A program made the translations under genes and the position numbers. A stretch of DNA of 64,000 bases, taken from positions 34,057,967-34,121,966 of the forward strand of contig CM120640.1 in NCBI GenBank assembly GCA_051362555.1, read 5' to 3'. This DNA is from Lingula anatina (Eukaryota > Animalia > Brachiopoda). Positions 1 to 13,263 of this stretch are shown one piece after another (within the stretch, counting starts at the first letter, position 1; each line of letters starts with the position of its first letter). A model generated the notes under the pieces. That model was not told where the DNA came from and made no database searches. It saw only the letters and a program-made list of their open reading frames with translations.

Positions 1-2668
1 CTATTGTGTATGTTTGCTCAGACAACTTCTGGGAGTCTAAAACCTCAGTTGGTCTCATCGACATCGGGTTTGGTGAGTAGGGCATACATGTAGTTTTTCT
101 GGTCTACAAGAATAACCAGTGTTTACATTTGGCAGTATTATAATTCAGTTTTGTTAAAAGAAGGGAAATTTTGATGAGTATGAAGTGATCAAAATAACCT
201 TATGACCATATTGTAAATTGACTTCAGAAAATTTAGTGCCCGCTGAACATACTGGGTAGAACGCAACGACGCAAGAGAAAATGTTATTCGGGAGACGTAT
301 TTTCATTATGAATAATATATGAAAGCTATTCCTTCTTGCCCACGGGAGCGTGTTCTTATTCTCTGCTCAATTTGTATTAAGCAAAATATTTAAATAATTA
401 ATCGATTAGTAATGCCAATGTGACATAATAAATCACACTATAAACGATTTGCATTGTATATCAAATGCACCCATTCAGATTTAGAATGATTAAAAGGTGT
501 TTCTTTAGTTCTCTTTATTATGCGACCGTGTCTTACGTTTTTGTACAGTTAATTCGTGTAAAGAATAAAAGGAGAAAAGTACACACATAATGCATGCAAG
601 TACGCACGCACTCGCACGCACGCACACCCGTTTGTCTGATTCCTCTTTTTACTGTATGTGGCAGTGGCATTTTATAGAAAATTCATACTACAGATCAACG
701 TTAACACCATAACCTCGGGACACCATGTAATCCCTTAAGATCCATGCCATTAGTATGGCGTTCAATAGAAGTTTTCTTTACTGAATAAACGAAGATGACA
801 TCATCGCCTGCCAGTTTATAAGTTTGTCGGTTCAGGCGGAGTGTGGGACATTCCGGCAGTAGGTGTGACAGACGGTGTGACTCCCAAAACAGGACACTTT
901 TCTCAGAGAAAAAAGTAACACTGACGACCATGCGTATGCGTGTGTCCACTTAAGCGCGTGTGTGTGTACGTGCACAGCTGATGATAGCTGATGACGTTGT
1001 TTGTGTAAATATATGTTGCACTCATTGTTAGAGATACATAAATTCCATATATTATTCATAATAGCGTAGGTATTTGTACTTCTCTTACATGGCTGCACGT
1101 GCTCTTTGAACGTCACCGGAGGAAATAATATAAGTTTTGTTATTTTCATAAATATGATGTCAACAACGTAATGTACCTGCGTAATGCATTGACGTTTTAT
1201 TCCCTTAATTTGTATTGAACGTATGGTCTGTTCACATCGAAGCAACTTTCAGTCGGTCACACAACTAAAATTCCATTTACTATCCAAGGATAGTAGTACG
1301 GTGTCTAGTGGAAAAAAACATACACACACGCACGCGCGCACACACGCACGAAGAAACAACCAAAGCAATTACTATCGATTTATTTACCTTTGGTATTCAT
1401 AGTTCACTCTGCAAAATGGGAACAGACCCTGCTTTTGAATTTTGCAACACATTCCGTCAGTAGTTTTTTTTCTCTCACCGCAGACGGTATTGAAATATAT
1501 TCCATCCACTTTCATCTCGTGAAATATATATCTATGCATTTATACCAGTATTACACAAGTGAATGATTCAGTATACTGAATGTATACTGAATAAGTATAT
1601 AGAGGAAGAGCGTGTTGTTCCACTTGGCTAGATGTAAATATGAATTTAATATTCAGTCTGATTTGACCCCAGATATAATTAACACTCATCGTCGACGTAA
1701 ATATGCTATATAATGGAGGTTTGCCCTAATTAAAAATGACACATATATGTAGGAATTTCATAGATGAGTTTGAAGAAAATCATTATAGTACGTATACACT
1801 GGTTATATAGATATTTAGGATCTTCACTTCCATTTTCGTGAATATACTATTAAGTGCATGTATTGTTAAGGTGAAGTTGCAAGGACAAGATCGATTATTT
1901 TACATGCATTTATTTGAAAGCTTACTCTGTCAGGTAATCGGATTAGTTGTTTCTGTTTTTGATGGCATAATCCCATATGTAATCAATCCCAATGCATCGA
2001 AAATGTCCACATTAAGGGGTAAGTTAACATTGGCATCATTAAGGTTCATGTCCCAATCGATTTGTCATGATATCTGGTATCTTGGGTTCACTGTATGAAA
2101 CACCTCACACCATGTAGGTCGGAAGTTAATTCATTGAAAGGTTTGTTGTGTCCATTGGCCCCAATGAAATCAACACCGCTGAACCGAAACATGCGCTGGC
2201 GATACACGTGTATCTCAATCGTGATATGATATAGATTCGCCGTAAACCTTTTTAACAAGTAATGCCAATCCCTGCTGTTCACAAAGATCTGTTTTTGGAA
2301 TTTTTTTTCTTGCCTTAGTTCAACAACTGGTGCTTCAGACTATCATATTTAACGAACACAGTTAAAAGATTTATGTGGTTTTTTTGTGCAGCAAAAGCTA
2401 TGCTGCCAACTGCGGGCATTTGTAAGCTGAGATACAAGGTATGTATCTCTTTGGCGTCACCTTTCCCCAAGGCGAAAACATTAGCAGGACCGTGTGTCCG
2501 GTAGCTCAGCGTACATCTTGCGGTGTGAGTTGGGCTTAATACTGTACATCACTGGTATATACTTAAACATTGACATACATGATACGTCATATGGCACCAG
2601 TGCCACTTAGCTTTATTTTTACCAGCATTTTTCTTCTTTATGTGTTACAGGTTCACTGAGCTGGCAAG

Positions 2669-3988
2669 ATGGACGTAGCATATAACTTCACTGGATGGAA
2701 TATGTCGCTTCCTGTCAATGTTTCAGAAGCGGGAATGGTGCCAATTGACAATAGAACAGACGACTTTTTTGGCAGTAACCAAACGTGGAGTATCAACAAC
2801 GTTACCAATGGCTCTGACATTACACCTGACCCAAATGGAAGTGTAAGCAGATCTGAAATCGACATATATCAGGTACATTTACCTCTAAAAATCACGCTAG
2901 AACAATGGGTACCGATTGTTTATTATATATTTGGATTATCAGGGAACTTTTTAGCCTTTATCGTATGGATACAGCGAAGAATGCAGCATTCGTCTGGATG
3001 CTATCTCGCTGCATTGGCTCTCTCAGACTTGTGCTTTTTGTTACTGCATATGCTGTACGAAATCCACTATATATGGGGGCACAAGGTCTTTAATGCAAAC
3101 GGAGCATGTCAGATTTTCGCCATTGTCTTCATGTGGACCCAACATATGTCGCCAATGTTCGTTCTGGCGTTCACCATCGAGCGGTATTTGGCGGTGTGTC
3201 ACCCTTTTAAACGGGACAAGATATGCACGAAGTCCCTCGCCATCAAAGTGATCGTTTCAATCACGGTGGTCTGTCTATTGATCGATGGAATGCAGGGGTA
3301 CTTTTGGACATACGTCTCGAAAGCGGACGACTGTGACGTCAGAGGCGAGACGCTGATTGGAGGTGTCGGTTCTGTATGGAGTGTGTGGTCCTGGGTCACG
3401 GAGATCTTAATATTCGCAGTGGTGCCTCTCTTGGTGCTGATTTTCAATATTCTAGTGATACACGAGGCTCGGAAACTTTCAGAGAATGAGAAAATTCAAC
3501 TGCAGTCACGGAAAGGACGAAGGACTTCGACTACCACTTTCATGCTTCTTGCCGTGTCTTTTTTCCTAATTTTCACAACACTGCCAGTGACAATAGTCTA
3601 TAATCTGTATGCCGTTTTTCAACAAGGCGATCCAACCTTATCAGATGAAGAAATTCATTTAGACCAAAAATGGCAGGCACATCTGAAGTACACTGCTATA
3701 AAAACCTTGGTCCAATACTTTGGAATGGCCCACTATGCATGTAACTTTTATATATATTGTATCACGGGGAAGATGTTCCGAAAGGAGTTGGTCTTGATCT
3801 TCAAAAGGGTGTTCCGAATTCAAATTCCAGTAAGCAGACGGGGTACTTTTAATAGTAGTCTTCGAACCCATAGCACGGGGTTTTCTTTGCGAAGTGGCGC
3901 TCTTAGAGCCAGCGAAAGAAGTATTAGAAGTAATAAGTCTAACGGTAGTATCAAACCGAATGGCCCTGAAAACACCACTTTATTATAA
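2669..3988 (+). CDS. Class A (rhodopsin-like) GPCR, FMRFamide-receptor/sex-peptide-receptor-like orphan peptide receptor; single coding exon, 439 aa
   Basis: Seven hydrophobic segments. TM1 GLSGN, TM2 LAALALSD, TM3 C...FTIERY (DRY variant), TM7 NFYIY (NPxxY variant). N-terminus rich in N-glycosylation sequons; Ser/Arg-rich C-tail. A splice acceptor (ttttcttctttatgtgttacag, ends 2650) just upstream implies a non-coding 5' exon elsewhere. Confidence 0.93.
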   Translation: MDVAYNFTGWNMSLPVNVSEAGMVPIDNRTDDFFGSNQTWSINNVTNGSDITPDPNGSVSRSEIDIYQVHLPLKITLEQWVPIVYYIFGLSGNFLAFIVWIQRRMQHSSGCYLAALALSDLCFLLLHMLYEIHYIWGHKVFNANGACQIFAIVFMWTQHMSPMFVLAFTIERYLAVCHPFKRDKICTKSLAIKVIVSITVVCLLIDGMQGYFWTYVSKADDCDVRGETLIGGVGSVWSVWSWVTEILIFAVVPLLVLIFNILVIHEARKLSENEKIQLQSRKGRRTSTTTFMLLAVSFFLIFTTLPVTIVYNLYAVFQQGDPTLSDEEIHLDQKWQAHLKYTAIKTLVQYFGMAHYACNFYIYCITGKMFRKELVLIFKRVFRIQIPVSRRGTFNSSLRTHSTGFSLRSGALRASERSIRSNKSNGSIKPNGPENTTLL

Positions 3989-5232
3989 ATAAATAAATGA
4001 CATTGATTTCTGCACAGTATCCTGAAGGAAATGACACACTTTTTGAGAACTCGCCAAAAGTTTAAGCAGAGTTCTGTTGCTTCTGGTACATCTTTCGCGT
4101 CAGAGAATGTCGCTTTGTCCAACTGTTTGGTTGTTTATTGTTATATTTATATGCGTTAAAAAAACTAGCCTGATTTTGTACATGTTAATTATTGTAAATA
4201 CCTATTTCCATATTTAAATCGGCTTTTGTTTGGTTTTATAAAGGCAATTTTGGTCTTTTCCCAGTTTTGAAAAGAAAAGGACACAATTTCAAAAATCATT
4301 TCACAAAAAAATAATTGTGCAATGGGTGGCAACTCCTATACTTTCATAACTGCTGAATGCCCACTTCTTTTCGGTTCCTTTCTTTTTCTTATAAATAATC
4401 ATAATCAAAGTGCATATTAATAATATCGTACGTTTAAGTGGAAAAAATTATGACCAAGTCAAATAAATGACGGCTGTTTTTCATGAGCAAAAAGGCATAT
4501 GCCATTTTGATGCGGATGTGTTTTTTTTTTCAATGTGAGTTTAAAATCTTTTAAAGGTACTTTGTAGATACAATATATTTATTATTTGCTCAGATAATAT
4601 CCAACTGTGCGTCTTAAAATTGCAAATATCTATTCATTAACCGGCATGTGTAACACCATGTATTCATATATCACTATATTTATATGTGGATATATATATA
4701 TATTTAAAGCGAACATAACATTTGCAATATAATATATACACCTTATATTTAAATTATAAATACGAGCCATGATATTGGAACGCTGACATTTTTCATATTG
4801 GCCATTTTCAAATGACCGACGTCTTGGACATGGGTCTTATTCGAATCAAGGGTATCCATCTGTCTTAATGGGGTTGTATGAAAAAGCACGTTCTCTCAAC
4901 CGTCCTTCCTTCGTGTGCCTTCTATAGTAGATACTCTCAGGCAACTAACCTAAGTGAAACAAAATGTGATCGCAGCTGGTATGCACGCTTTTTATATTAG
5001 ATATATGCTTTTGGTGTTACACATTTCTACCTGGTGATTGCTAACTTTTAACCTTGGCTTTGAACTATCTTAGCAAGAAAGTGCGTCCACTGTTAAAATC
5101 CCTATTGATTTTTCTCTCTATTTTGGTGTGAATCGTTTTTATTAGATGCAAGATACTCTGACTATTAGCGAACATTTCTTGATATTTTTTCCCTCAGAGT
5201 GATGCTTTTGCGATACTTAGTGGGAATTATTT

Positions 5233-5234
<2 letters not shown>

Positions 5235-5277
<43 letters not shown>
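5235..5277 (+). repeat. Poly(A) tract, ~43 nt
   Basis: Uninterrupted A run. Confidence 0.9.
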
Positions 5278-5280
<3 letters not shown>

Positions 5281-8200
5281 AGAGGAATTTGGTGGTTGCA
5301 CTTGAAGATAAAGGTAGTTCACAGTGCCAATGCTTTTACAATATGCGATAACACATGGCTGCCTCCTTATCCTCCCATTCAGTTTTCCTTTTCCATTGTT
5401 TGATTACAGGGTGCATGGGAAACACAGAGCCAATACGAGCATGAAAAAGTGAAACTGAAAACTCTTATCCCACAACAATCCAAGGGGAATGACATAACCC
5501 CAAATGGACAGTGTCCGAACTAGCCAACGCTTCAACGCAGTCTCACAACATAGTAGACAGTAGATGCTGATTGGTCCAAAGGTATAACAACTGGCCCTGG
5601 TAGAGTAGTATTAGCATTCTGGCTTTTAAAAAGAGTTTATACCATTGCCTTACGACGTGTGAAAGAGTTCCTAGCAAGAACAATGAAACGTCTGTGAAAG
5701 TATGTCCTGAAACTCTTCTTGTACAGCATGTCTTTCTGAACTGTGCCTATCACACAAAAAAAAGCTCAAACAAAACTTCTTTAACTGAGGGAGCACCAGC
5801 GTTCCAATCTCAATTGTACATAGTTTGTACATTAATTACATGTAATCACCTGTTTTGTATTTCTGACAAGACGGCGGGCTTTGCTATTTATTGCTAGCAC
5901 CTTTGCAAAATCGGCAGTTAATTTAAATTACACGTACGGTGTAAAAATACTAGATGTAAAACGTTGCAAATATATAGTTTCAAGACTTACGGAATTGTTT
6001 CAATAGATTCTCATCACAAACATAATTTATGGAAGTGAGACAGAATACGCATAGTGAATTCGAAATAATGGACTAAGGGACTTACAGAGGTGAGGATTGT
6101 TTCTGTTACACCATAAGAGCATATGAAATGTAATTTTGGTATTAATGTTTATAAATTAACAATACAATGCGCTCTTAATTAAAACACTTCAATTCAAAAT
6201 CACACAAAGATTAAAAAATGAGCATTACTCCGGATAGCACTGTATATGTCTATTTTTGCTTCTCCAAGCAGGTCTGGCCGCAAAAAAATGACTGACATGC
6301 TTAAGGTTGACAAACCATAATGTGACATGGCCTTAAAATAATTCAGTTTCTTCGTTGATGGAAATGTCAATGTAGAGATATGGTGACTGATATAAATACC
6401 GTTCTATTTTTCAATAAATTATAATATCACTGAAAGCTGGTGTTCTGTTGATTTCTGTGCATGATTGACCTTGTGACCTTTGCTTTAATGTAAACTGTCA
6501 TTATCGGGTGTCAAACTTATCAATCAAAAGGAGGGACAGCAGATTACACTTTAACCTCTCTAAACGTCTTTGATGTGATTCTAATACGAATAAATAGTAG
6601 CCTCACTAGCGGTTCTAGGATTTTGCTAAGGGTGACACAGTATTAAAAAGTAGGGAAAAGGGCGAAATATATAAAATGTATAGACATGTATAGACGAGGA
6701 GAATTTTACCATAATTCGTAGGGTACAGGAATGGAAACCCACTTGGTGTTGTCTCGTTTTGCTTCTCATACTGCTTTGAAGGAGGAAGGAGAGGGAAAGG
6801 GATATATCAGACACTCTGAGTTAGTGTGTGTGTGTGTGTGTGTGTGGGTGGTGGGTGGGTGTCACGTGCTCGCCGTGCCCCCCCTCTCCTCTCCACACAC
6901 CCCCACCCTCTCCCTGGATTCCGACTTCTGTTGACATAGCCTTTGTCTTTGTGTTATACCTTTCAGTCACGACCCACATATCTTTATGTATGATTGACTT
7001 GTTAATTATTCATGTGAAAATTAGGGGCAAATGTTATTCAAATATTAAGCTAAACTTTTTCTCTCTCTTCTTCAATGCAAGAAGTATATCTTAATACACC
7101 CGGGACAAAATTAGGCCTAATCTTTTTCGAAAGTTCGTAAACTTTTAGGCCAAAATTGTACGTCAATATTAGGAGTCACCTAATAAAGTGATGCGCTGTT
7201 CCTTATTTCTAATAAGAACGATATACGCAGTACCTACTGTTTTAGATTCCTAATTACTCCATTTTATTATGTGCTGAAGAAAATATAAATCTGAGACCAA
7301 CTTTCTGTCTGATGTTTTTTTTTTTAAATGAAACCAGGTTCATGAGCTATACGCACAAACCGCGCACGCACACAAACATGACCTTGATGTGCATATATAC
7401 TAGGCCTTCTTCTAAAGAGAAATTATTTATGAAATTCACCTTTGGTTTAAAACGGCTGGATAAACAGCGTACCTTTACATATGTTACAAGCCAGCATATT
7501 TGTAATAAATGTTGTAGTACATGTATGTGCAGCCATGCTTTCCGACAAATCAAACTGTTATTTGTGTAATAAAGGCAAAGCATAACAACCAAGTTGAAAT
7601 TTTAATCAGATAATCGACCAGGTACAACGTGTCATTTGACCTTTCTTTTAAGGTCAAATAAATGGGATGAATTTTTCACGATGTGCAGTGTGTTATATTT
7701 GTAGGAACATAATGATTCATAAATCTCTTATCAGAAACCTTGGTTACGCTTCATTAACCTTGCACGGGGCCACTAGGCGATGCACGTTGTGAATTTTAAA
7801 CCACTGCTAATCTCTTAGACGAGATGATTAATTAAGCATTTATGATTGAGAGTAAGTCCATTTGCTAAGGTAACGGACACGTATTTGGAAAACAAATGTT
7901 TTTGTTAGTTTTATGCGCGGATGCACATCCTTCATGCGGGCTACTCGTCCCTGAGCATGAAAATGACAAGCTTGCGTTTATTCGCGAGTCATCGATTCTC
8001 ATTAACATGCTCTTATTAAAAGGCGAAACGAAAGTTTACTTCGTTTTTATATACATCAGGCTGTTCAACTTTATTAGTCATCACGATCATCATGTAAAAG
8101 CCGCAGCGGGTCTTGATTATGGTTTATTATAATGTTATGTTTCCTTCAGAGGGAAACCGCTAACAATGTGTATCCACACCGAGTTGGAGACTGTAACTTT

Positions 8201-8746
8201 GACATATAGTTGTTGCCTTTTTTGTCAACTACTTATTATAAATCTATGTGAGTAGATAACTTCAATTTAAAAAAAATGAAAGATAACATGTGCAGAAAAT
8301 GTGTTTCTTTTATATATTACACTGATCATTTAATTGCACATTTTAAAACATCTAAATACATGTTCTGTCGCACTTCTAGGCACTGCCGTAAAGGGAATTG
8401 ATTTTAATTAACCATATATAAAACTGCGACAATTGTCTAAAGGGAATGAATATACACCATACATCTTTGCATACTTGTGTGTATAATGATTATATGTAGT
8501 GCATGTACAACATCGGCGTGCTTGCACATTGTCAAACCCCCTCAACTCCGTCATTTCAATGTCCTTGTATATGGTAAATATTGACTGAATTATTCTGTCA
8601 AAACGGATAATCTTATTGTTTTAAATAAGAAAGTCGGTTAAATCTTAGCTTTAGGTGAGATATATGCAGTAGGTATGCTATTACACATGATCCAAAAGGC
8701 AACCGTGGATTAGGCCACAAAATAGGCTGTTTCAATGTTCATAATG

Positions 8747-8914
8747 CAGGCCCGTAGCTAGCAATTTCAAAAGGGGGGTTCTTTTTCTGAAATTGTGGAC
8801 CTTTTCCCATAAAAACTTCATGAACCTAGATCAAATTTTGCCCAGAGTGGACCTTTTCCCAGCAAAAGGGGTGGTTCTTTCGAACCACCCGAACCCCCCC
8901 TGGCTACGGGCCTG
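8747..8914 (+). mobile_element. MITE (non-autonomous TIR DNA transposon), copy 1
   Basis: Terminal inverted repeats CAGGCCCGTAGC...GCTACGGGCCTG, flanked by direct repeat ATAATG. Homologous inverted copy at 51452-51620. Confidence 0.88.
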
Positions 8915-9608
8915 ATAATGTATTTTTCATGATTTATTCTCATAATAAGTAGAATATAGCGACATTATGTCGTTTTTCCATAAAATATGAACGATTTTAT
9001 ATTAGGTGATTTGTGGCAGACGGAAATGAGATTATGTTCTATTTTATAATTTTCTTAAGTTACATGTAAGTATAATCTCTCTCTGCCTCTCCCTCTTTCT
9101 CTCTCTCTCTCTCTCTTACGCCTATATCCCTTTATTCCCAAATGACAAATCAAACTAAAACCTCTCTCGATTGAAATTAGAACAAGTTATGATTAGAACC
9201 GGAATGGCGTTTTTCAACGTATAATTGATAATCTAACTAACAAGGGAAATAGGGATCAATCATTTTCTGGAGCAACCGTCGGCTCTCGCGTTGATTATAA
9301 AAGTGATTGTCACAATTTACAAGAACCGTTGGTTACCCAGGAGAAGGACCACTTTTAACTGGTGAAAAAAAAAAACTAATTAAATCTCCTCTTATATTTA
9401 TTCATCTGAAGTTATGGAAGCCTACTTCCAAAGACACTTTCGATGTACGGTACGATCTCTTGAGATTTCCTTTTGGTCTGCACTTCACGGTGTTATTCGG
9501 CAAGGGAGCTTTATAAACGCCTTTAATTATCTTTAGCCACTGAGGTTGCACTTCTTCTCCTTTGGGCATAGTGAAGTGCTCCTTCCACTCTCTTGACTTT
9601 CCCTTACC

Positions 9609-9610
<2 letters not shown>

Positions 9611-9657
<47 letters not shown>
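9611..9657 (+). repeat. Poly(T) tract, ~47 nt
   Basis: Uninterrupted T run. Confidence 0.9.
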
Positions 9658-9659
<2 letters not shown>

Positions 9660-10459
9660 GCCAAGTTGAACATGGTTTTTGTTTTACCGCAAATGGACAA
9701 TCTTCGCTCGCGTCTGGAATATATTGGACCGTAAGCCGTCTTTCCCCAACGCCCTCTTCAGGTTTCTCGTGAGCGCACTAATTATGGGTGGAATTTTGTT
9801 TGAAAGTCCACTCCTACTTTGTATCACTCACCAGATAGTGTTTGGGTCCCATGCGTGGTGGCTCCAGGACACTTAAGATTGCATCTGACGGTTGTAGTTC
9901 AATTACTACAGAAACTTGACTAGGCTATCATTAAAGGCCGCACGAGAAGACCTATTTCATTATCTAACATAATAAGTCAGATCTACTTCATACAACTGTA
10001 GACGATACGACTCCACTTCTTGTATTAAAATCATTGTAGATATACAAGGGAGAAGCATGAAGCAATAAACTTCAGATAGCTGTATATTTCCATTGTGCGG
10101 CTACAATGTTATGTATTATTTGTCACATTTCTGGGAATATTTTTGTGCTTGATCAAGTCGATTGGCTTTTCATGAAAAGGGGATATAAATGTAAGAGGAC
10201 CCTCCCATTTGAAAATGATTGTCATTGTTAAGAGTAACGCTGCCATGTTTCTTTATCATGGCGAATTCAGAGCCGTTTCCATCAGCTTCATTGCGCTTAT
10301 CATTGCGTTAATACTTTCATTGCGACAGTTGTGAATTAACTTGAAATTATTGAAAAATAACTTCCTACTCCACTCAGCTAAACCCCGCACAGCTTTTGTT
10401 TCCGTTGTTATATATAGTTAAATAAATAAATAAATAAATAAATAGATAAATAAAATAGA

Positions 10460-11113
10460 TAAACCCCAAACAACACGATTATGCTTATTTAACATCCAAT
10501 TGCTACTTTCTCAAAAGATACAGAAGCTCAAATTAAAGTTGAAATAAACTCAAATTCAGTTAAAAAAACAATCATATACTGATCCAGAAATAAAGGAAAC
10601 AGGACGTCATCGTCCTTTTCATATCTTTTCGGGCAATAGGAATACTTGTGTATTTCTCTCTCTGAATTTATTCAGCTCGACCTACTGAGTTGACTGGGTG
10701 CCACTGCAATGGACTGCAATGCATCCCGGGGCGCTGAAGTCGGTTTCTAGTTTCCCGTTTCATTTTTCAAAAACAAACCTGGCAACTAGAAATTAGTTTT
10801 GTTTTTTAAATGAAATATGAAATATATCAGTACAGTCCAAACATTTTTTTCTCTTCAGTTTGGTTTAAATACTAGTACGTCGATTGTGATGGTTCATCTA
10901 TTCATTTTCCATCTATTCAATTCTATTCTAATAATTGGTTTACTCATTTTATCGTTACATTATTACATTATGGTAGACCGGTGTAGTATGTAAAGGTCAA
11001 TTTACATGGTTTTTAGATCCATGACTATTACTTTATTTGTATAAATACCAGTTAAAATTGCATTATTATGGCCATTTCTGTGGTGATGACGATTAAGCAC
11101 GCACAAGCGTGTG

Positions 11114-11152
<39 letters not shown>

Positions 11153-11295
11153 ACAATCCGTTAAGCTACCGATTGCAGCAGAGAAGATAATTTCTGTTCT
11201 CCCTCCAGATGGCGGTATAGAACGGTTTAGTTTGCCAAACCTGGCAAAAACTGCTCAGATTGCAGCATGCAGTATACCAGTGACCTACATAACGA
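10460..11295 (+). repeat. Interspersed/local repeat, copy 1 (uninterrupted), with internal (CA)n
   Basis: Aligns by eye with 12260-12633 plus 16382-17455, for example cttatttaacatccaatt..., tactagtac...ctattcaattctattct, and ctaccgattgcagcagagaagataatttctgtt...ctccagatggcg. Confidence 0.75.
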
Positions 11296-12109
11296 CAGTT
11301 ACCAGTAGTTAGGAGTTTCACTTGTAAGTAAGGCCTGATTGCCATATAACTTGATCAAAGAGAAGCAGATGAAATGGAATATTCTATTTAAACTATTAGC
11401 AAATTCAATGCTGTATCTACATGTATACCACTGCAAAGGACATTAACGCAAACTGGCCTCGATCTGTAAATTAGTCTCTAACCTGAAAATTAATTACATG
11501 CGCCTTACTTATTAAATTCCGCTTTTTAAAAATGCAAATTATGCTCAATTGTATATGAATCTGCCTGAATTTGGACTGGTGACCTTGTTATATTATATGA
11601 TAAATTTCCCATATTAAAATGTTTTTTTGTTTTTGTTTTTTTTTTTGTATCTACTTACAAGTGAAACTCCAAACTGCTGGTAACCGTTTTATTACCTGTA
11701 TGAATTTGTGCTGCTTTTTACAATTAATGCATTATGCCATATTGGGATTAGTGGACTTAGAATATGCCTGGATTAGGACTGGGCCTGTGCCATATATTTA
11801 GGGTGTTCTCTATAAGCCTAAAAGTGTCAGTTATTTAAGCATTTTATTTATTTATATTACAGATTTGAACCTAACTTACAGTTATACCTACGTAAACAAA
11901 CTAGCCACTGAATAAAGCTTATGAGTACAGATATCCTCCTTTATATCACTTGGCGTCACTTGTCACATGGAGAATCGGATTTTTAATACGTGACCTCGAT
12001 GCTCTGTCCGAAAATAACCGCATTCATTGACATACTTACCTGTACACTCTATCTTTTAACTTGCACATTTTAAGGCAGTCATAGGAACGTTTATGAACTC
12101 TCTCTTCGT

Positions 12110-12633
12110 TCAGTAGTTTAGATGACCGTGTGGTAAAGTGAAATAGGCTCAAGTCAGAAGACCCTGTTCGCAAGTCGGCCAGGCAATTTTTTTTCTTTTA
12201 TTTTCTGTTTTGCCATGACTATTTTTCTTACCCCCCTTTTTACTACAAATATAGTCCCCAAACAACCTGATCATGCTTATTTAACATCCAATTCTACTTT
12301 CTCAAAATATACAGAAGCTCAAATGAAACTTAAAATAAATGACTAAGACCTTCGTCCTGTATTGATATGGCCGATTGGTAAGGTGTGCAGATATCAAGTC
12401 AATGGACTCTGGTTCACAAGTCTCCTAGAGCACCTTTTTTTTCTTTTTCTTTCCTGTTTTGTTATGATTATCTTTTTTACCCCCCTCCCCCCCCCCCCGC
12501 CTATTTTACGACAAAAAGATAAAATCCACGAAATAATCCGATAACACTTGATTTACATCCAATTACTACTTTCAAAAATATACAGAACTTAAAATGAAGG
12601 TTGACATAAATTCAAATTTAGTTTAGAAACAAC
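12110..12633 (+). repeat. Left arm of repeat copy 2: two ~260-bp tandem subunits, each with a tRNA-like head followed by a T-run
   Basis: Subunit tail ttatttaacatccaatt-ctactttc-caaaatatacagaa at ~12277 and ~12550 (also ~10485). A/B-box-like heads at ~12125-12180 and 12367-12430. Confidence 0.6.
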
Positions 12634-13263
12634 TGTTACGAAGTTACTTGCTTCGTAACTATTGATGAAAGGAGTCAGTTCTCGGAATATAGTTTATTTT
12701 ATTTCTGAAGTGCAGCTTGCAAGATTTTTAAGTGCTAATTTCAACCCTGCGGTCACTGCTCTCACGAGTTGCTGATCCTCTGTTTTAGCACTTTTTGGAA
12801 TTTAACTCACTTTTCAATAAATTTCACATATATTTTACTATAATAAATAGCATGCCGTGTGCAAGTAGATAAGTACCGTGTGCATTTTACCATATATGGT
12901 CAGAATTACTTTACTGATTGAACAGTGCTGATTGCATGGATAAATACGTGAAATCATCATACCTAAATGCTGGATTACATGAGATTGGTTATACAGATCA
13001 TTTACGACATGCAGCTAATATATTTACCTTATTATGTATAATGCGATGCAGCAGGCAGGTCATCGTTTTTGCTTAGGTATCAATGTCCAAATTTCCATAA
13101 CTAATTTTCACGCCTCAAAAATGAAACATGACTTCGCAAGTTAAAAGCAAAGACGGTCATCCGGTGCACGACACAGTACATAGGGTCAGATAGTACACGG
13201 TATATCGAAGAGGGGTTTTCTAATTCAAAATTTTCATTTTAAACGTTATGTTAACCCGTGACA
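12634..13263 (-). repeat. 3' LTR
   Basis: Plus strand begins tgttacgaagttac and ends cccgtgaca; near-identical to 15753-16381. Confidence 0.92.

Noticed and set aside
1566-1581. 16-bp palindrome attcagtatactgaat
   Set aside because: AT-rich, isolated, with no associated structure
701-2282. Short ORFs upstream of the GPCR
   Set aside because: No domain-like content; consistent with random intronic or intergenic ORFs
9611-9880. Poly(T) tract as the tail of a minus-strand retrocopy
   Set aside because: No TSD, poly(A) signal or recognisable parent sequence found
11109-11312. Similar ORFs 11109-11312 and 17235-17480 (HTHTHT...KLPIAAEKIIS)
   Set aside because: Products of a repeat with a (CA)n tract; an indel changes frame between the copies
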